DNA of 64,000 nt, taken from positions 3,657 to 67,656 of the forward strand of contig CAYOQL010000006.1 in the NCBI GenBank assembly GCA_964406085.1, in the 5' to 3' direction. Positions 10,826-21,341 of the stretch are shown here, in pieces. The position numbers and the translations under genes were made by a program. Origin of the DNA: an uncultured Herminiimonas sp. (lineage in GTDB: Bacteria > Pseudomonadota > Gammaproteobacteria > Burkholderiales > Burkholderiaceae_D). The notes under the pieces were generated by a model. That model was given only the letters and a program-made list of their open reading frames with translations. It did no database searches and was not told the DNA's origin. Numbering within the stretch: position 1 is the first letter of the stretch; every line of letters begins with the position of its first letter.

Positions 10826-12328
10826 ATGGATACCCCTTATCTCAACGATATGCAGGCTGGTGCAACGCTCACGCATGAGAGTTGTTACCGCGCATTGGCA
10901 GCAAAAGATACACGCTTCGATGGTGTCTTTTTTACCGGCGTCAAAACCACAGGCATTTATTGCCGTCCGGTTTGTTCCGTCAAAACGCCACGCGCGTCTT
11001 CCTGCGTATTCTTCGGTACCGCCGCCGCGGCGGAGGCGGCCGGTTTCCGTCCCTGCCTGCGTTGCCGTCCCGAATTGGCGCCGTATGCATTGCAGCAAAA
11101 TCTTGCATACGCAGTGTGGCAACGTATCGCCGCAGGCGCATTGAATGATGGCGATGGCGAGAAACTGGCAACAGAAGTGGGTTTGTCTTCGCGGCAATTG
11201 CGGCGTGTACTGCAGCAGCATTTTGGCGTCACGCCGATCGAGCTTGCGCAAACGCAACGGCTGCTGTTTGCGAAAAAATTATTGCAGGAAACGCATTTCC
11301 CCATGAGCGAAGTGGCTTACTCAGCCGGCTTCGGCAGCGTGCGCCGATTCAATGCCTTGTTCCTTGCACGTTACGGCATGGCTCCGACCAGCATACGACG
11401 CGCTGCAGAAAAATCATCCGCCTATGACGCGGATGCCATTACCTTGCGCCTGGCTTATCGCCCGCCATTTGCGTGGTCCGACATGCTGCATTATTTGTCA
11501 GGTCGCGCCATCGCCGGCGTTGAAGCGGTAATCGATGATGCGGCGGGCGGCATCTCATATGCGCGCAGCGTGCGCCTGGACGGTGCCAGTGGCTGGTTGC
11601 ATGTGCGGCATCTTCCTGAAAAACATCAGCTTGAAGTATCAGTGTCGAGCACGCTGGCGCACGTCTTGATGCCCTTGCTGGCGCGTCTGCGCAGTCAGTT
11701 CGATCTCGATGCTAATCCGCAAGTAGTCGCCGCACATCTGGCGCACGATCCATTGCTGGCCAGGCAAATTGATAAGACGCCGGGTTTACGTGTACCCGGT
11801 GCTTTCGAGGTATTTGAACTGGCAGTCCGCGCAGTGTTGGGGCAGCAAGTCAGTGTGGCGGGTGCGACGACCTTGTCGGCACGCATGGTGCACAAGTTTG
11901 GTGTCGCGACAGCCACGCCTTTCGCCGGCGTAACCCACCACTTTCCGACACCGGAGTGCCTCGCTGCAGCGAGCGCGGCAGAGATCGCTGCCATCGGCTT
12001 GCCTGGCGCGCGTGCCGAGGCGATACGCAATCTCGCGCAGTTTGCGGTGCAAGGTGGTTTGCAGATCAGGCCGGGCGCATCCCTGACCGAAGTGATTACA
12101 CATTTGAAGACCGTACGCGGCATAGGTGAATGGACGGCGCAATACATTGCGATGCGTGCTTTGCGCTTCTCCGATGCCTTCCCGGCGGGCGACCTGGGTT
12201 TGCAAAAGGCCGCGACCGAATCGGTGGACGGCCTTCGGCTGACGGAAAGGCAGTTGCTGCTGCGCGCCGCCAACTGGTCACCGTGGCGCGGGTATGCAGC
12301 GCTGTTGTTATGGCATGCGCTGGGATGA
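10826..12328 (+). CDS. Ada-like regulator fused to AraC HTH and DNA-3-methyladenine glycosylase II (AlkA)
   Basis: 500 aa. The N-terminal Cys cluster (CRPVC...CLRC) resembles the Ada zinc domain. The central part is AraC-type HTH. The C-terminal HhH-GPD-like region contains GIGEWTAQYIAMR. Confidence 0.8.
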   Translation: MDTPYLNDMQAGATLTHESCYRALAAKDTRFDGVFFTGVKTTGIYCRPVCSVKTPRASSCVFFGTAAAAEAAGFRPCLRCRPELAPYALQQNLAYAVWQRIAAGALNDGDGEKLATEVGLSSRQLRRVLQQHFGVTPIELAQTQRLLFAKKLLQETHFPMSEVAYSAGFGSVRRFNALFLARYGMAPTSIRRAAEKSSAYDADAITLRLAYRPPFAWSDMLHYLSGRAIAGVEAVIDDAAGGISYARSVRLDGASGWLHVRHLPEKHQLEVSVSSTLAHVLMPLLARLRSQFDLDANPQVVAAHLAHDPLLARQIDKTPGLRVPGAFEVFELAVRAVLGQQVSVAGATTLSARMVHKFGVATATPFAGVTHHFPTPECLAAASAAEIAAIGLPGARAEAIRNLAQFAVQGGLQIRPGASLTEVITHLKTVRGIGEWTAQYIAMRALRFSDAFPAGDLGLQKAATESVDGLRLTERQLLLRAANWSPWRGYAALLLWHALG

Positions 12329-12412
12329 CTCATTGATGTGCTGGCTCAGCAAGAATTCTGATCAACGATTTAAAAGTAACTGGACCGGCGCTGACCGGCA
12401 AAAGGAGACATC

Positions 12413-12904
12413 ATGATTTCGTACATACAGCACCCCAGTCCGCTTGGCTTACTGCTGATTGCGGCAAGCGATGCCGGCATTTGCGGAGTGTATTTTGAAG
12501 AGCACAAACATTTCAGGGGCAAGGATAATTGGTCACTAACCGCGACGCCATCCGCTGCCCTGCATTTAAAGCACGCTGCCAAACAGCTGGACGAATATTT
12601 TGCCGCCAAGCGTACCGGGTTTGATGTAAGGCTGGACATGACCGGCACGGAATTTCAGCGTGACGTGTGGACAGCCCTGACTGCGATCCCGTTCGGCCGC
12701 AGCGTCAGTTACACGCAGCATGCAGAAGCATTGGGCAAACCCAGAGCTGTGCGCGCAGTCGGCTCGGCCATAGGAAAAAATCCGGTTTCCATCATCGTGC
12801 CCTGCCATCGCGTAATCGGTTCATCCGGCGCGGTGACCGGTTATGCCGGCGGTCTGGAACGCAAGCGCTTCTTGCTCGCGCTGGAAAATGTGGCGGTGAA
12901 CTGA
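12413..12904 (+). CDS. ogt: Methylated-DNA-protein-cysteine methyltransferase
   Basis: 163 aa with the PCHRV active-site motif. Confidence 0.9.
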   Translation: MISYIQHPSPLGLLLIAASDAGICGVYFEEHKHFRGKDNWSLTATPSAALHLKHAAKQLDEYFAAKRTGFDVRLDMTGTEFQRDVWTALTAIPFGRSVSYTQHAEALGKPRAVRAVGSAIGKNPVSIIVPCHRVIGSSGAVTGYAGGLERKRFLLALENVAVN

Positions 12905-13062
12905 ATACGATTGCGGCGCCAATAAAAGATGATTGTAAGGAGCCTGCGAATTGCCCGCCTTTCAGTCATTCCATAGTAAATCCAGCTAGCCGATATCCAC
13001 CGACCGATTTCATCAATCTGTTGCATCCACCGGTTGAAACCGTTATCCAAAGCGGATATTTA

Positions 13063-13974
13063 TTATTTTGAGTCGCTCAACATGCTGACAAAATCCAGAA
13101 ATGCGCGTGTCTTGGCGGGGACATGATGCCGCGACGGATAGAGGGCATACAACGGGAAGCGCTCATCCGGCCAATCGGGAAAGAGATTGATCAGCTTGCC
13201 ATCATCTACCAACTGCCGTACGCCGAATTCCATCGCCTGTGCGATCGCATGACCAGCCAGGCAAATGCTGTGCAATGTGCCCACGTCGTTCACCATTAAT
13301 TGCCCGCTCGTCTCAACCGTCATGCGCTTTTTACCCTTGTGAAATTCCCAGTCAAATGCTCGACCAGTCACCGGATTGCGATATTGCAGGCAAGCATGCT
13401 GACCGTTTGCCAATTCCTTCGGCGACAGTGGCCGGCCAAAGCGCTTGATGTATGCCGGTGATGCGACCGTCAAAATGCGCGTATCCATCAGCTTGCGTGC
13501 CACCAGCGTCGACACCGGCGGTGGCCCAAAACGCACGGCAAGATCGAAGCCGTCGGCAATCATGTCACCCAGCTGATCGCGAGTAATCAGCTCCAGTTTC
13601 AGTTCAGGATATTTTTTTAGAAACGCGCCGAGTTGCGGGCCCAATATCCAACGCGAAAAGAATGGATCAACTGTCACGCGCAATCGTCCGCGCACCGTGG
13701 TTGTCCCTTGCGCGGCAGACGATGCCGCTTCTTCCAATCCGGATAGCAACGGCATGATTTGCTCGTAGAATCGCCGTCCTTCGTCAGTCAATGTGACTGA
13801 TCGCGTGGTGCGATCAAACAGCCGGATTCCTAGCCGTGCCTCAAGCCGGGCAATCGAGCGACTGACGCCGGATTGCGACATATCGAGAATGTCACCGGCG
13901 CCGGCAAAGCTACCGCTATCCACAATCGCGGACAGTACGCCCATGCCATTTAAGATGCGTTCATCAAACGCCAT
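13063..13974 (-). CDS. LysR family transcriptional regulator
   Basis: 303 aa. N-terminal wHTH (GSFAGAGDILDMSQSGVSRSIARLE). Divergent from the NmrA-like gene. Confidence 0.9.
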   Translation of the reverse strand: MAFDERILNGMGVLSAIVDSGSFAGAGDILDMSQSGVSRSIARLEARLGIRLFDRTTRSVTLTDEGRRFYEQIMPLLSGLEEAASSAAQGTTTVRGRLRVTVDPFFSRWILGPQLGAFLKKYPELKLELITRDQLGDMIADGFDLAVRFGPPPVSTLVARKLMDTRILTVASPAYIKRFGRPLSPKELANGQHACLQYRNPVTGRAFDWEFHKGKKRMTVETSGQLMVNDVGTLHSICLAGHAIAQAMEFGVRQLVDDGKLINLFPDWPDERFPLYALYPSRHHVPAKTRAFLDFVSMLSDSK

Positions 13975-13989
13975 GATGTATGCCTTTAT

Positions 13990-14006
13990 GTCATTTATTA
14001 AATGAC
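13990..14006. promoter_or_regulatory. Candidate LysR box (T-N11-A palindrome) in the divergent promoter region
   Basis: GTCATTTA-T-TAAATGAC is a perfect 8-bp-arm palindrome 16 bp upstream of the LysR start codon. Confidence 0.45.
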
Positions 14007-14091
14007 ACCCATGCTATCGCGAAATGTGTCCACAGCGGTCAAAATGCTTTCCATCGCGACGCCGTTGTCGCTAATCGCTTAGGAGAACACT

Positions 14092-14943
14092 ATGTACGCC
14101 ATCACAGGAATCACAGGAAAAGTCGGTAGCATCGTTGCCGATACATTGCTCGCAGCAGGTCTGCCAGTGCGTGCCGTTGTGCGTGATGCGGAAAAAGGTA
14201 AGGCATGGGCGGCAAAAGGCTGCGAAGTCGCGATCGCCTCCAGTGCCGATGCCCACGCGATGGCCAAGGCATTTACCGGTACTGCCGGCGTGTTCTTTAT
14301 GACGCCGCCTAATTTTGACCCGGAGCCGGGCTTTCCGGAAAGCGTCAAGATTGTCACTGCTGTTACCGCCGCGATCGAACAGGCCAAACCAGGCAAGGTG
14401 GTATTCCTGTCAACGGTTGGCGCACACGTTGCGGAACCCAATTTGCTTAATAACTCCAAGCTGACTGAAGAAGGTTTGCGCAAGGTATCGGTGCCGGTCG
14501 CCTTGCTGCGCGCCGCCTGGTTCATGGAAAACGCTGCATGGGATGTGGATGCGGCCAGAAACGGCGTCATTCACAGCTTCCTGCAGCCGCTCGATCATAA
14601 GATCCCAATGGTTTCCACGCAGGATATCGGGCGCACGATCGCCGATCTATTGCGCGAGACGTGGATCGGCACGCGGGTAATTGAGCTCGAGGGACCTCAA
14701 CGATATTCCGCCAATGATGTTGCCGCCGCCTTTGCCAAAGTACTCGGTCACCCAGTAAGCATTAATCCGGTGCCGCGCGATACATGGGAGACACTGTTCC
14801 GCTCTGAGGGTATGCAATTCCCGATGCCGCGCATTCGGATGCTCGATGGCTTCAATGAAGGCTGGATCGATTTTGAGGATAGCGGCGCAGAAAAACGTAA
14901 CGGGATAACTTCAATCGATGCAGTGCTGGGTGAATTGTCCTAA
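14092..14943 (+). CDS. NmrA-like NAD(P)-binding protein
   Basis: Rossmann motif ITGITGKVGS at the N-terminus. 283 aa. Confidence 0.8.
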   Translation: MYAITGITGKVGSIVADTLLAAGLPVRAVVRDAEKGKAWAAKGCEVAIASSADAHAMAKAFTGTAGVFFMTPPNFDPEPGFPESVKIVTAVTAAIEQAKPGKVVFLSTVGAHVAEPNLLNNSKLTEEGLRKVSVPVALLRAAWFMENAAWDVDAARNGVIHSFLQPLDHKIPMVSTQDIGRTIADLLRETWIGTRVIELEGPQRYSANDVAAAFAKVLGHPVSINPVPRDTWETLFRSEGMQFPMPRIRMLDGFNEGWIDFEDSGAEKRNGITSIDAVLGELS

Positions 14944-15014
14944 GCGCAAAGATTGAAAGCGCCGCCGATAGCGGACCGAAGCAATAGCCAGCTGTCCCGG
15001 CAGTTGGCTATTGC

Positions 15015-15812
15015 CTATCGTGCGCTGATCTCCGTAGTCCAGCGCACGATCTCGGCGATGGAGGCAGAAGGTGCGCCCACATGTGTGGCGTCCGGCTCGT
15101 ACAGGACGGTGAGCGGATTGACAGGCAATGCATTGAACATGTCTTGTTTGACCTTGATCAAGCCCGGGTGGTCGGCTTTGGGTGCGATGAACAATACAGG
15201 TATGCGCGGATTGACATTCTTCGTTGCCATCGACTGGTTCATCGCACCATCCGGATTGAACCAGTCGAAATACCATGCTGCCGTAGTGTTCAGCGGTGTG
15301 ACGCCCTTGGCACCTTCGTAATCTGCAAAGCGGGTTTTTTCATTGCCCTTGCCATCGGCAATCATCTTGCGCGCGTTGGCAACTTCGCCACCGAGCTTGT
15401 CCTGAAAAACGGGACTGCCGACATTGCCGCCAGGCGCAATCGCGACAATGCCGTCGATCACATGTTTGTTTGCAAAATAGAGCGTGAATAAACCGCCCTG
15501 GCTATGACCTGCCACGAACAGCCGATTCGCTCCCTTGCTGCGCAAAGTAGCAAGGGCAGATTCGACTTCAGCCTCGGCGGCACTCACGCTGGCGTCATAC
15601 TCGCGTCGGGCCGACCAAGGCATGTCCAGATTCGCCACGAGATACCCTTTTGTTTCCAGCGCTGAGGCCAGATCCGCCACATGCCGAGTGGGTGCGCCGC
15701 CCTTGCCGTGCATGACCACGATGCCGATTTTAGGCGTTGATCCGGCATCGTTGGCGGCAAAGGTCGTTATGCTCACCAACGCAGCGGCAAGCAGTGCAAT
15801 GAAATGTTTCAT
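15015..15812 (-). CDS. Secreted alpha/beta hydrolase
   Basis: Signal peptide MKHFIALLAAALVSITTFA and nucleophile elbow GHSQGG. Confidence 0.7.
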   Translation of the reverse strand: MKHFIALLAAALVSITTFAANDAGSTPKIGIVVMHGKGGAPTRHVADLASALETKGYLVANLDMPWSARREYDASVSAAEAEVESALATLRSKGANRLFVAGHSQGGLFTLYFANKHVIDGIVAIAPGGNVGSPVFQDKLGGEVANARKMIADGKGNEKTRFADYEGAKGVTPLNTTAAWYFDWFNPDGAMNQSMATKNVNPRIPVLFIAPKADHPGLIKVKQDMFNALPVNPLTVLYEPDATHVGAPSASIAEIVRWTTEISAR

Positions 15813-15887
15813 TCGTCGCCTTGATCAGTTAAGGAATTTTTGCGAAAGAGGAACCAGTACCAGTAGGCACTGGCCGATCGACGGTTC

Positions 15888-16232
15888 TTACTGAACCAGA
15901 CGAATTGCAAATGGATAGCGATACTCTTGTCCCTTGGATGCCGCTATCGCACCGAGTATGCAAAAGATAAGATTGGCGATATACAGAACCGGCACCAGAA
16001 CAAAACCGATCAGGATGAATGCCAGCACCCACGCAATCAAGAATCCTATCGTCATGGTGATCTGAAAATTCAAGGCTTCCTTGGCTTGTGAATTGGCAAA
16101 GCCCGGGCTGTCTTTTTTGAGTATCCAGATAATCAGCGCACCGATAAAGCCGGTGAAAATTCCCAGCAAATGCGCGAGCATAGCGAGATTGCAATCGTCT
16201 TTGCCTGGACTGCCTACTTCGATTTGGTCCAT
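15888..16232 (-). CDS. DUF4870-like small membrane protein
   Basis: 114 aa with three TM segments. C-terminus GQEYRYPFAIRL resembles the DUF4870 family. Confidence 0.55.
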   Translation of the reverse strand: MDQIEVGSPGKDDCNLAMLAHLLGIFTGFIGALIIWILKKDSPGFANSQAKEALNFQITMTIGFLIAWVLAFILIGFVLVPVLYIANLIFCILGAIAASKGQEYRYPFAIRLVQ

Positions 16233-16385
16233 GAAAACTCCCTGTACAAGTGTGCGTCGAAAGGTGTTGCCGTATGACGTTGCAGTGCGGAATACTCGGG
16301 ACTGATAACAGGATAAGACGACACAGGCCGCTTTAGCAAGCAGCAGTCAGCGGCTGTGCCACAAAGATAGATCGTTGCCGCAAAA

Positions 16386-16414
16386 CATCGGGGGCGCTTG
16401 ATGCGCCCCCGATG
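16386..16414 (-). terminator. Rho-independent terminator after topB
   Basis: CATCGGGGGCGC-N5-GCGCCCCCGATG, followed on the minus strand by TTTTG. Confidence 0.65.
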
Positions 16415-16432
16415 TGATGTGAAGAATCTTGC

Positions 16433-19084
16433 TTATGCAGCGGCCTTTTTCGCTGCCGGTTTCTTGGCGGCAGCTTTTTTGGCCGGGGCTTTTTTTGCAG
16501 CAGGCTTTTTCGCCGCTACTTTCTTGGCGGCTTTGGCTGGTACTGCATCCGTTGCGGTTTCTTCTGCATCGTCCGCTACTGCTGCTGCCTTGCCTTTGCC
16601 TGGCACTTTCTCCTTGCGCGGTTCAAACTCAAAGCTGGTTTTGCCATCCTTGCCTCGCACCAGATAGGCCTTGAAGGCGCGACGCGTGCGTTGCGAGACG
16701 AATCCCGGCAACAAATCTGTCTTTCCTTCGTTGAGCAGCTTGCTCATTTGCTCGGGCAGGATTTCCTGTTGCAGGATGATGCGACCGCTGCGGAAGTCAC
16801 AGGTCTTGGGCTTGGCGACAGAGTTTTCACATACATAGGAGAGCGGCATTTCGTACACATTGCCAGCACATTTCGGGCAAGGGCCGAGTGCGGTCTGGCC
16901 TGTGAAATCGACCGGTTCCGCATTTTCGTCGTCGTTCTGACCGAAGTCGAATTCAAGTTTGAAGTTCTTGATTTCTTCGTCGCGTGAAATTTTCAGCACG
17001 GCAGCGAATGGACGGCCCATCTTCGAGCGGAAGCCTTGCAATGGACCGATGGTTTTGTTCGTCAGCAGTTCTTCAACTTCAGCGACTTCAAACTGACGGC
17101 TGCCTGGTGTCTTGCTCATCGAGAATTCGCATTTGGTGCAAGCGAAGCGACGGTAGTTTTCTTTCACCACGCCACCACAATTCGGGCACGGCGTGGTCAG
17201 TGTCGCGTAGTCACCGGGTATCGTGTCGTTGTCGTATTCCTTGGCGCGTTTGACGATGATTTGCGTCATTTGCGCGATCTCGCGCATGAATTCTTCGCGA
17301 CTGATCTTGCCGCGTTCCATTTCCGACAGCTTGTATTCCCATTCGCCTGTCAGTTCCGGCGCGGTTAATTCATTGACGCCCAGGCCGCGCAGCAAAGTCA
17401 TTAACTGGAATGCCTTGGCGGTCGGAATCATCTCGCGACCTTCGCGCAGCAGGTACTTTTCGTTCAGCAAACCTTCGATGATGGCGGCGCGTGTCGCTGG
17501 CGTACCCAGGCCTTTGCCAGACATTGCTTCGCGCAAGCCTTCGTCGTCGATCAGTTTGCCGGCACCTTCCATCGCGGACAACAGTGTCGCCTCTGAATAG
17601 CGGGCCGGCGGCTTTGTGACGAGGCCGTTGGCGACGACGGATTCGGTTTTTACCTTCTCGCCTTTGGCGACTGGTACCAGCGTACCGCTGTTTTCCGGAT
17701 CTTTTTCGTCTATGACTTCCTTGCCGTACACCGCGAGCCAGCCCGGATTGGTCATGACCTTGCCTTCAGTCTTGAACTGATGGCCGGAGACTTCGGTGAA
17801 GCGTGTGGTGACCTGGAATTCTGCCGCCGGGAAGAAGATAGACATGAAGCGGCGCGTCACCAGGTCATACAACTTCTGTTCAGGCTCGGACAGATTCTTC
17901 GGCGCTTGCGTGGTCGGGATGATCGCAAAGTGATCACTGATTTTCGTGTTGTCGAAAATGCGCTTGTTCGGCTTGACCCATTTGTTGTTCAGGATCTGCT
18001 TGGCAAACTGGTGATAGTTATTGTTCTCGGCGACGACTTCCAGCGTCTCCAGCACGGTAGGCAAATAATCTTCCGGCAGGTGGCGCGAATCGGTACGCGG
18101 ATAGGTCAATACTTTATGGCGTTCGTACAAAGCTTGCGCCAGGCCGAGGGTGTTCTTTGCGGAGAAACCGAAACGTGCATTCGCTTCGCGCTGCAAGCTG
18201 GTCAGGTCGAACAATGCAGGCGCCATCGAAGTGGTGGGCTTGGATTCTTCGGTGACGTTGCCTTGCTTGCCGCCGCGACAGGCGGTGACGATCGATTCTG
18301 CAGCGGCTTTGCTCCACAGGCGTTCGGCACGGCGTTCAGGATCGACTTCGTCTTTCTTGAATTTGGTATCCAGCCAGCGGCCTTCATAAATGCCCGCGGC
18401 ACAAATGAATTCAGCGCGCACTTCCCAGTAATCGCGTGAAACGAATTTTTTGATCTTCTCTTCGCGCTCGACCACGATCGACAGCGTAGGCGTTTGCACG
18501 CGGCCAACGGTGGTCAGGTAGAAGCCGCCTTCTTTCGAGTTGAATGCGGTCATCGCACGCGTGCCGTTGATGCCGATCAGCCAGTCGGCTTCGCTGCGGC
18601 AGCGTGCGGCATCTGCCAGTGGCGTCATTTCGCTATCGCTGCGCAGGTTCTTGAAGGCCTCGCGTATCGCGGTGGGCGTCATCGATTGCAGCCACAAACG
18701 CTGGATAGGCTGCTTGGCTTTGGTATGTTGCGCGATCAGGCGGAAAATCAGTTCGCCTTCACGCCCGGCATCGCATGCGTTGATCAGGCCGGTGACGTCC
18801 TTGCGCTTGATCAGCTTGTTCAGCACTTTGAGGCGCGATTCGGTCTTGGCGATCGGGTTCAGCGCAAAGTGCGGTGGAATCATGGGCAAATGCGTGAAGG
18901 TCCATTTGCCGCGCTTGACGTCGTATTCTTCTGGCACCGCGATTTCCAGCAGGTGACCGACGGCGGAAGACAGCACGTATTCGTCGGATTCAAAGTACTC
19001 ATCGTGCTTGGTAAAGCCGCCGAGCGTCTTCGCGATATCGTTCGCGACTGATGGCTTCTCGGCAATGATGAGGGTTTTGGTCAT
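16433..19084 (-). CDS. topB: DNA topoisomerase III with C-terminal zinc ribbons and a Lys/Ala/Pro-rich tail
   Basis: 883 aa. It has a Toprim N-terminus (LIIAEKPSVA), the YPRTDSR active-site tyrosine region, CPNCGG/CPKCAG zinc ribbons, and a terminal AAKKPAAKKA repeat tail. Confidence 0.9.
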   Translation of the reverse strand: MTKTLIIAEKPSVANDIAKTLGGFTKHDEYFESDEYVLSSAVGHLLEIAVPEEYDVKRGKWTFTHLPMIPPHFALNPIAKTESRLKVLNKLIKRKDVTGLINACDAGREGELIFRLIAQHTKAKQPIQRLWLQSMTPTAIREAFKNLRSDSEMTPLADAARCRSEADWLIGINGTRAMTAFNSKEGGFYLTTVGRVQTPTLSIVVEREEKIKKFVSRDYWEVRAEFICAAGIYEGRWLDTKFKKDEVDPERRAERLWSKAAAESIVTACRGGKQGNVTEESKPTTSMAPALFDLTSLQREANARFGFSAKNTLGLAQALYERHKVLTYPRTDSRHLPEDYLPTVLETLEVVAENNNYHQFAKQILNNKWVKPNKRIFDNTKISDHFAIIPTTQAPKNLSEPEQKLYDLVTRRFMSIFFPAAEFQVTTRFTEVSGHQFKTEGKVMTNPGWLAVYGKEVIDEKDPENSGTLVPVAKGEKVKTESVVANGLVTKPPARYSEATLLSAMEGAGKLIDDEGLREAMSGKGLGTPATRAAIIEGLLNEKYLLREGREMIPTAKAFQLMTLLRGLGVNELTAPELTGEWEYKLSEMERGKISREEFMREIAQMTQIIVKRAKEYDNDTIPGDYATLTTPCPNCGGVVKENYRRFACTKCEFSMSKTPGSRQFEVAEVEELLTNKTIGPLQGFRSKMGRPFAAVLKISRDEEIKNFKLEFDFGQNDDENAEPVDFTGQTALGPCPKCAGNVYEMPLSYVCENSVAKPKTCDFRSGRIILQQEILPEQMSKLLNEGKTDLLPGFVSQRTRRAFKAYLVRGKDGKTSFEFEPRKEKVPGKGKAAAVADDAEETATDAVPAKAAKKVAAKKPAAKKAPAKKAAAKKPAAKKAAA

Positions 19085-19359
19085 GATTTTTGTTCTCTAA
19101 TAAAGGTGCCGGCATCCATGGCTGGGTGCAGGTTGAGGCATACAGCTTATGGCGAGGGCGGCTTTTTTCAAGAAAGACCCGCGCTAATATAAGAGTTGCA
19201 TAGCCGTCAAGCGGCCAATGATAAGCGCGTTGCGGCGAAATCCGCAAGCTTGCGACAAAAGAGTGGTGAAAAGAAACGTGAAAACGAGGCGGGGTTGTTG
19301 TTGAAGAGACATGTCCGGCAGCATGGCGCCCGTCCGGACATGTTTTACAGCTACTTATA

Positions 19360-19836
19360 TTAGTGCAACATCCGCGGTGTGGCGTCGTCGTCGTCGAGAA
19401 AGAGTTCGTCGAAGATCAAACCATCCGGCTCCTTGCCTTGGCTCCACAACACCATCAAGACAATGACTTTGAGCTTGTCGAGCGAGATCGGCGATTCGCC
19501 GGCAGCCAGTGCGCGTTCAATCACAATTTCGCGCTGGATGGGATTGATCAGCTTGGCTGATTCCAGAAATTGAATGAAGCCGATCGCCGGGGTGCCGATC
19601 ACATCGATTTCACGGTCGGCATAAATGCGGATGCCGAAAGAAAACGCGGTCTGATGCGGATAGGAATCGGAAAATTCGTTGGTGGTTTCGGCTAACGCAG
19701 TCAGCCAACCCAGCGCTTTGGAGATCTCTTCTTCCTCAAAGCCGATGGCGGACAATTTTTTTGTCAGCGCATCAGAGTCCGGGCAGGCATCGGGCCGGTA
19801 GTAGGTTTCGTACAGATAAACTAGAACATCAAACAT
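19360..19836 (-). CDS. smg: Smg protein (DUF494)
   Basis: [14 protein letters not shown]-terminus. Conserved position next to dprA and topB. Confidence 0.85.
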   Translation of the reverse strand: MFDVLVYLYETYYRPDACPDSDALTKKLSAIGFEEEEISKALGWLTALAETTNEFSDSYPHQTAFSFGIRIYADREIDVIGTPAIGFIQFLESAKLINPIQREIVIERALAAGESPISLDKLKVIVLMVLWSQGKEPDGLIFDELFLDDDDATPRMLH

Positions 19837-20100
19837 GGCGTCACCGTAGCGCTTAGGTTAAGACGACACCATCGCGAGTGTCGTCAGGATCGGATGCGTA
19901 TGAATCACGCTCTTTAGATAAAACATTACAAAGAGGTGTTACGACAGCGGCAGATCAAAGACAGCGCTTACTGGGTTCAAGGATACCCTAAAAATGCGTA
20001 TGCCAACAGTGTTAGAAAATTTTATGAAGCAGATGCGATGTCAAAGTGAAATGACATTTTCGTATGATGAGAGTTTGATAATCAGGCGATGGTGGGCGAC

Positions 20101-21219
20101 TTAACCCAGGCGGCGATACAAGCCTCCCGGCAACATTTCGAGCAAGCCGTTCAACTCTAATGTGAGAAGTTGTCCATTCAAGGTGGCGATGTCGAGCTCG
20201 CAGCGTGCGGCTAGCGTGTCAGCATCCACCGGATCGAACCCTAATGCGTGCAGCAGTTGCGCCGATTGCTCATCGGGCACGCTGGCTGCAGATGCGGGTA
20301 CCGTGGATGTGGCGACCGGGAGGTATTGCAATTCTTCCAGTATGTCCTGCGCTGATTCAACCAGCTTCGCCCCTTGCTTGATCAGCAGATGACAGCCTTT
20401 CGACAAGGGCGAATGGATGGAGCCGGGAATCGCAAACATATCGCGCCCCTGTTCCGCCGCCATGCGTGCAGTGATCAGCGAGCCGGATTGCAATGCAGCT
20501 TCGACGACCAGGACGCCACGTGCCAAACCACTGATGATGCGATTGCGGCGCGGGAAGTTGGATGCGATCGCCGGCATGCCAAGCGGATACTCGCTGAGTA
20601 TGCAGCCGGCTTCGGCAATCCGATGAGCGAGCGCACGATTGCGCGCCGGATAAACAAGATCAGCGCCGGTGCCGATGACGGCAATCGTCGAACCGGCATG
20701 TTGTGCATGTTTGATAGCCAGCAAGCCACCTTGATGCGCCGCAGTGTCTATGCCGAGTGCCATGCCGGAGACGATGCTTAAGCCGGCCAGACTCAATGCT
20801 TCGGAAAACTTCTCTGCATTGACGATGCCTTGGGTGGTGGCGTTGCGGCTGCCGACGACGGCCAGCGATGGTCGCGCTAGTAAATCGATGCGTCCCTTTG
20901 CATACAAGACGATGGGCGGATCGGGAATTTCCAGCAGCGTGAGTGGATAAGCAGCGTCCGCCAGCGTCAACACGTGATTGCCCGGCTGTTCAGCCCAGGC
21001 TTGCGTTTGCTCTATCAGCAGGCTGACGGATTCAGAGGCAGGCGCAAGCAATGCGCGCGCGATGCGATCGGGGACGACTTTCTGCAGCGCGGATAATTCG
21101 GTATTGAATATATTGTGTGGCAGCCCGAAGACGCCAAGCAACTTGCGCGCCGTATCCGGGCCGACGCCGGCAGTTTGCTCGAGCCGCAACCAGCTTGCGA
21201 GATCGTCGGGTGCCGGCAT
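20101..21219 (-). CDS. dprA: DNA-processing protein DprA
   Basis: 372 aa with SGMALGIDTAAHQG and the Rossmann-like DprA core. Confidence 0.9.
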   Translation of the reverse strand: MPAPDDLASWLRLEQTAGVGPDTARKLLGVFGLPHNIFNTELSALQKVVPDRIARALLAPASESVSLLIEQTQAWAEQPGNHVLTLADAAYPLTLLEIPDPPIVLYAKGRIDLLARPSLAVVGSRNATTQGIVNAEKFSEALSLAGLSIVSGMALGIDTAAHQGGLLAIKHAQHAGSTIAVIGTGADLVYPARNRALAHRIAEAGCILSEYPLGMPAIASNFPRRNRIISGLARGVLVVEAALQSGSLITARMAAEQGRDMFAIPGSIHSPLSKGCHLLIKQGAKLVESAQDILEELQYLPVATSTVPASAASVPDEQSAQLLHALGFDPVDADTLAARCELDIATLNGQLLTLELNGLLEMLPGGLYRRLG

Positions 21220-21341
21220 TATGCAGACACAGGCAAAAGAATCTCGGGCGCAAATAAAAACCGGCCCTGCATGCTCGGCATCAAGTCGCTCAGGGCTAAG
21301 CGCATGAAGGGCATGTCAGGGCCGGAGGGTGAGTGCCTTGC

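Noticed and set aside
16398-16674. Repetitive GC-rich stretch that could look like a repeat array, plus two overlapping plus-strand ORFs.
   Set aside because: It is the reverse strand of the TopB Lys/Ala/Pro tail coding sequence. There are no spacer-repeat units, so it is not a CRISPR array.
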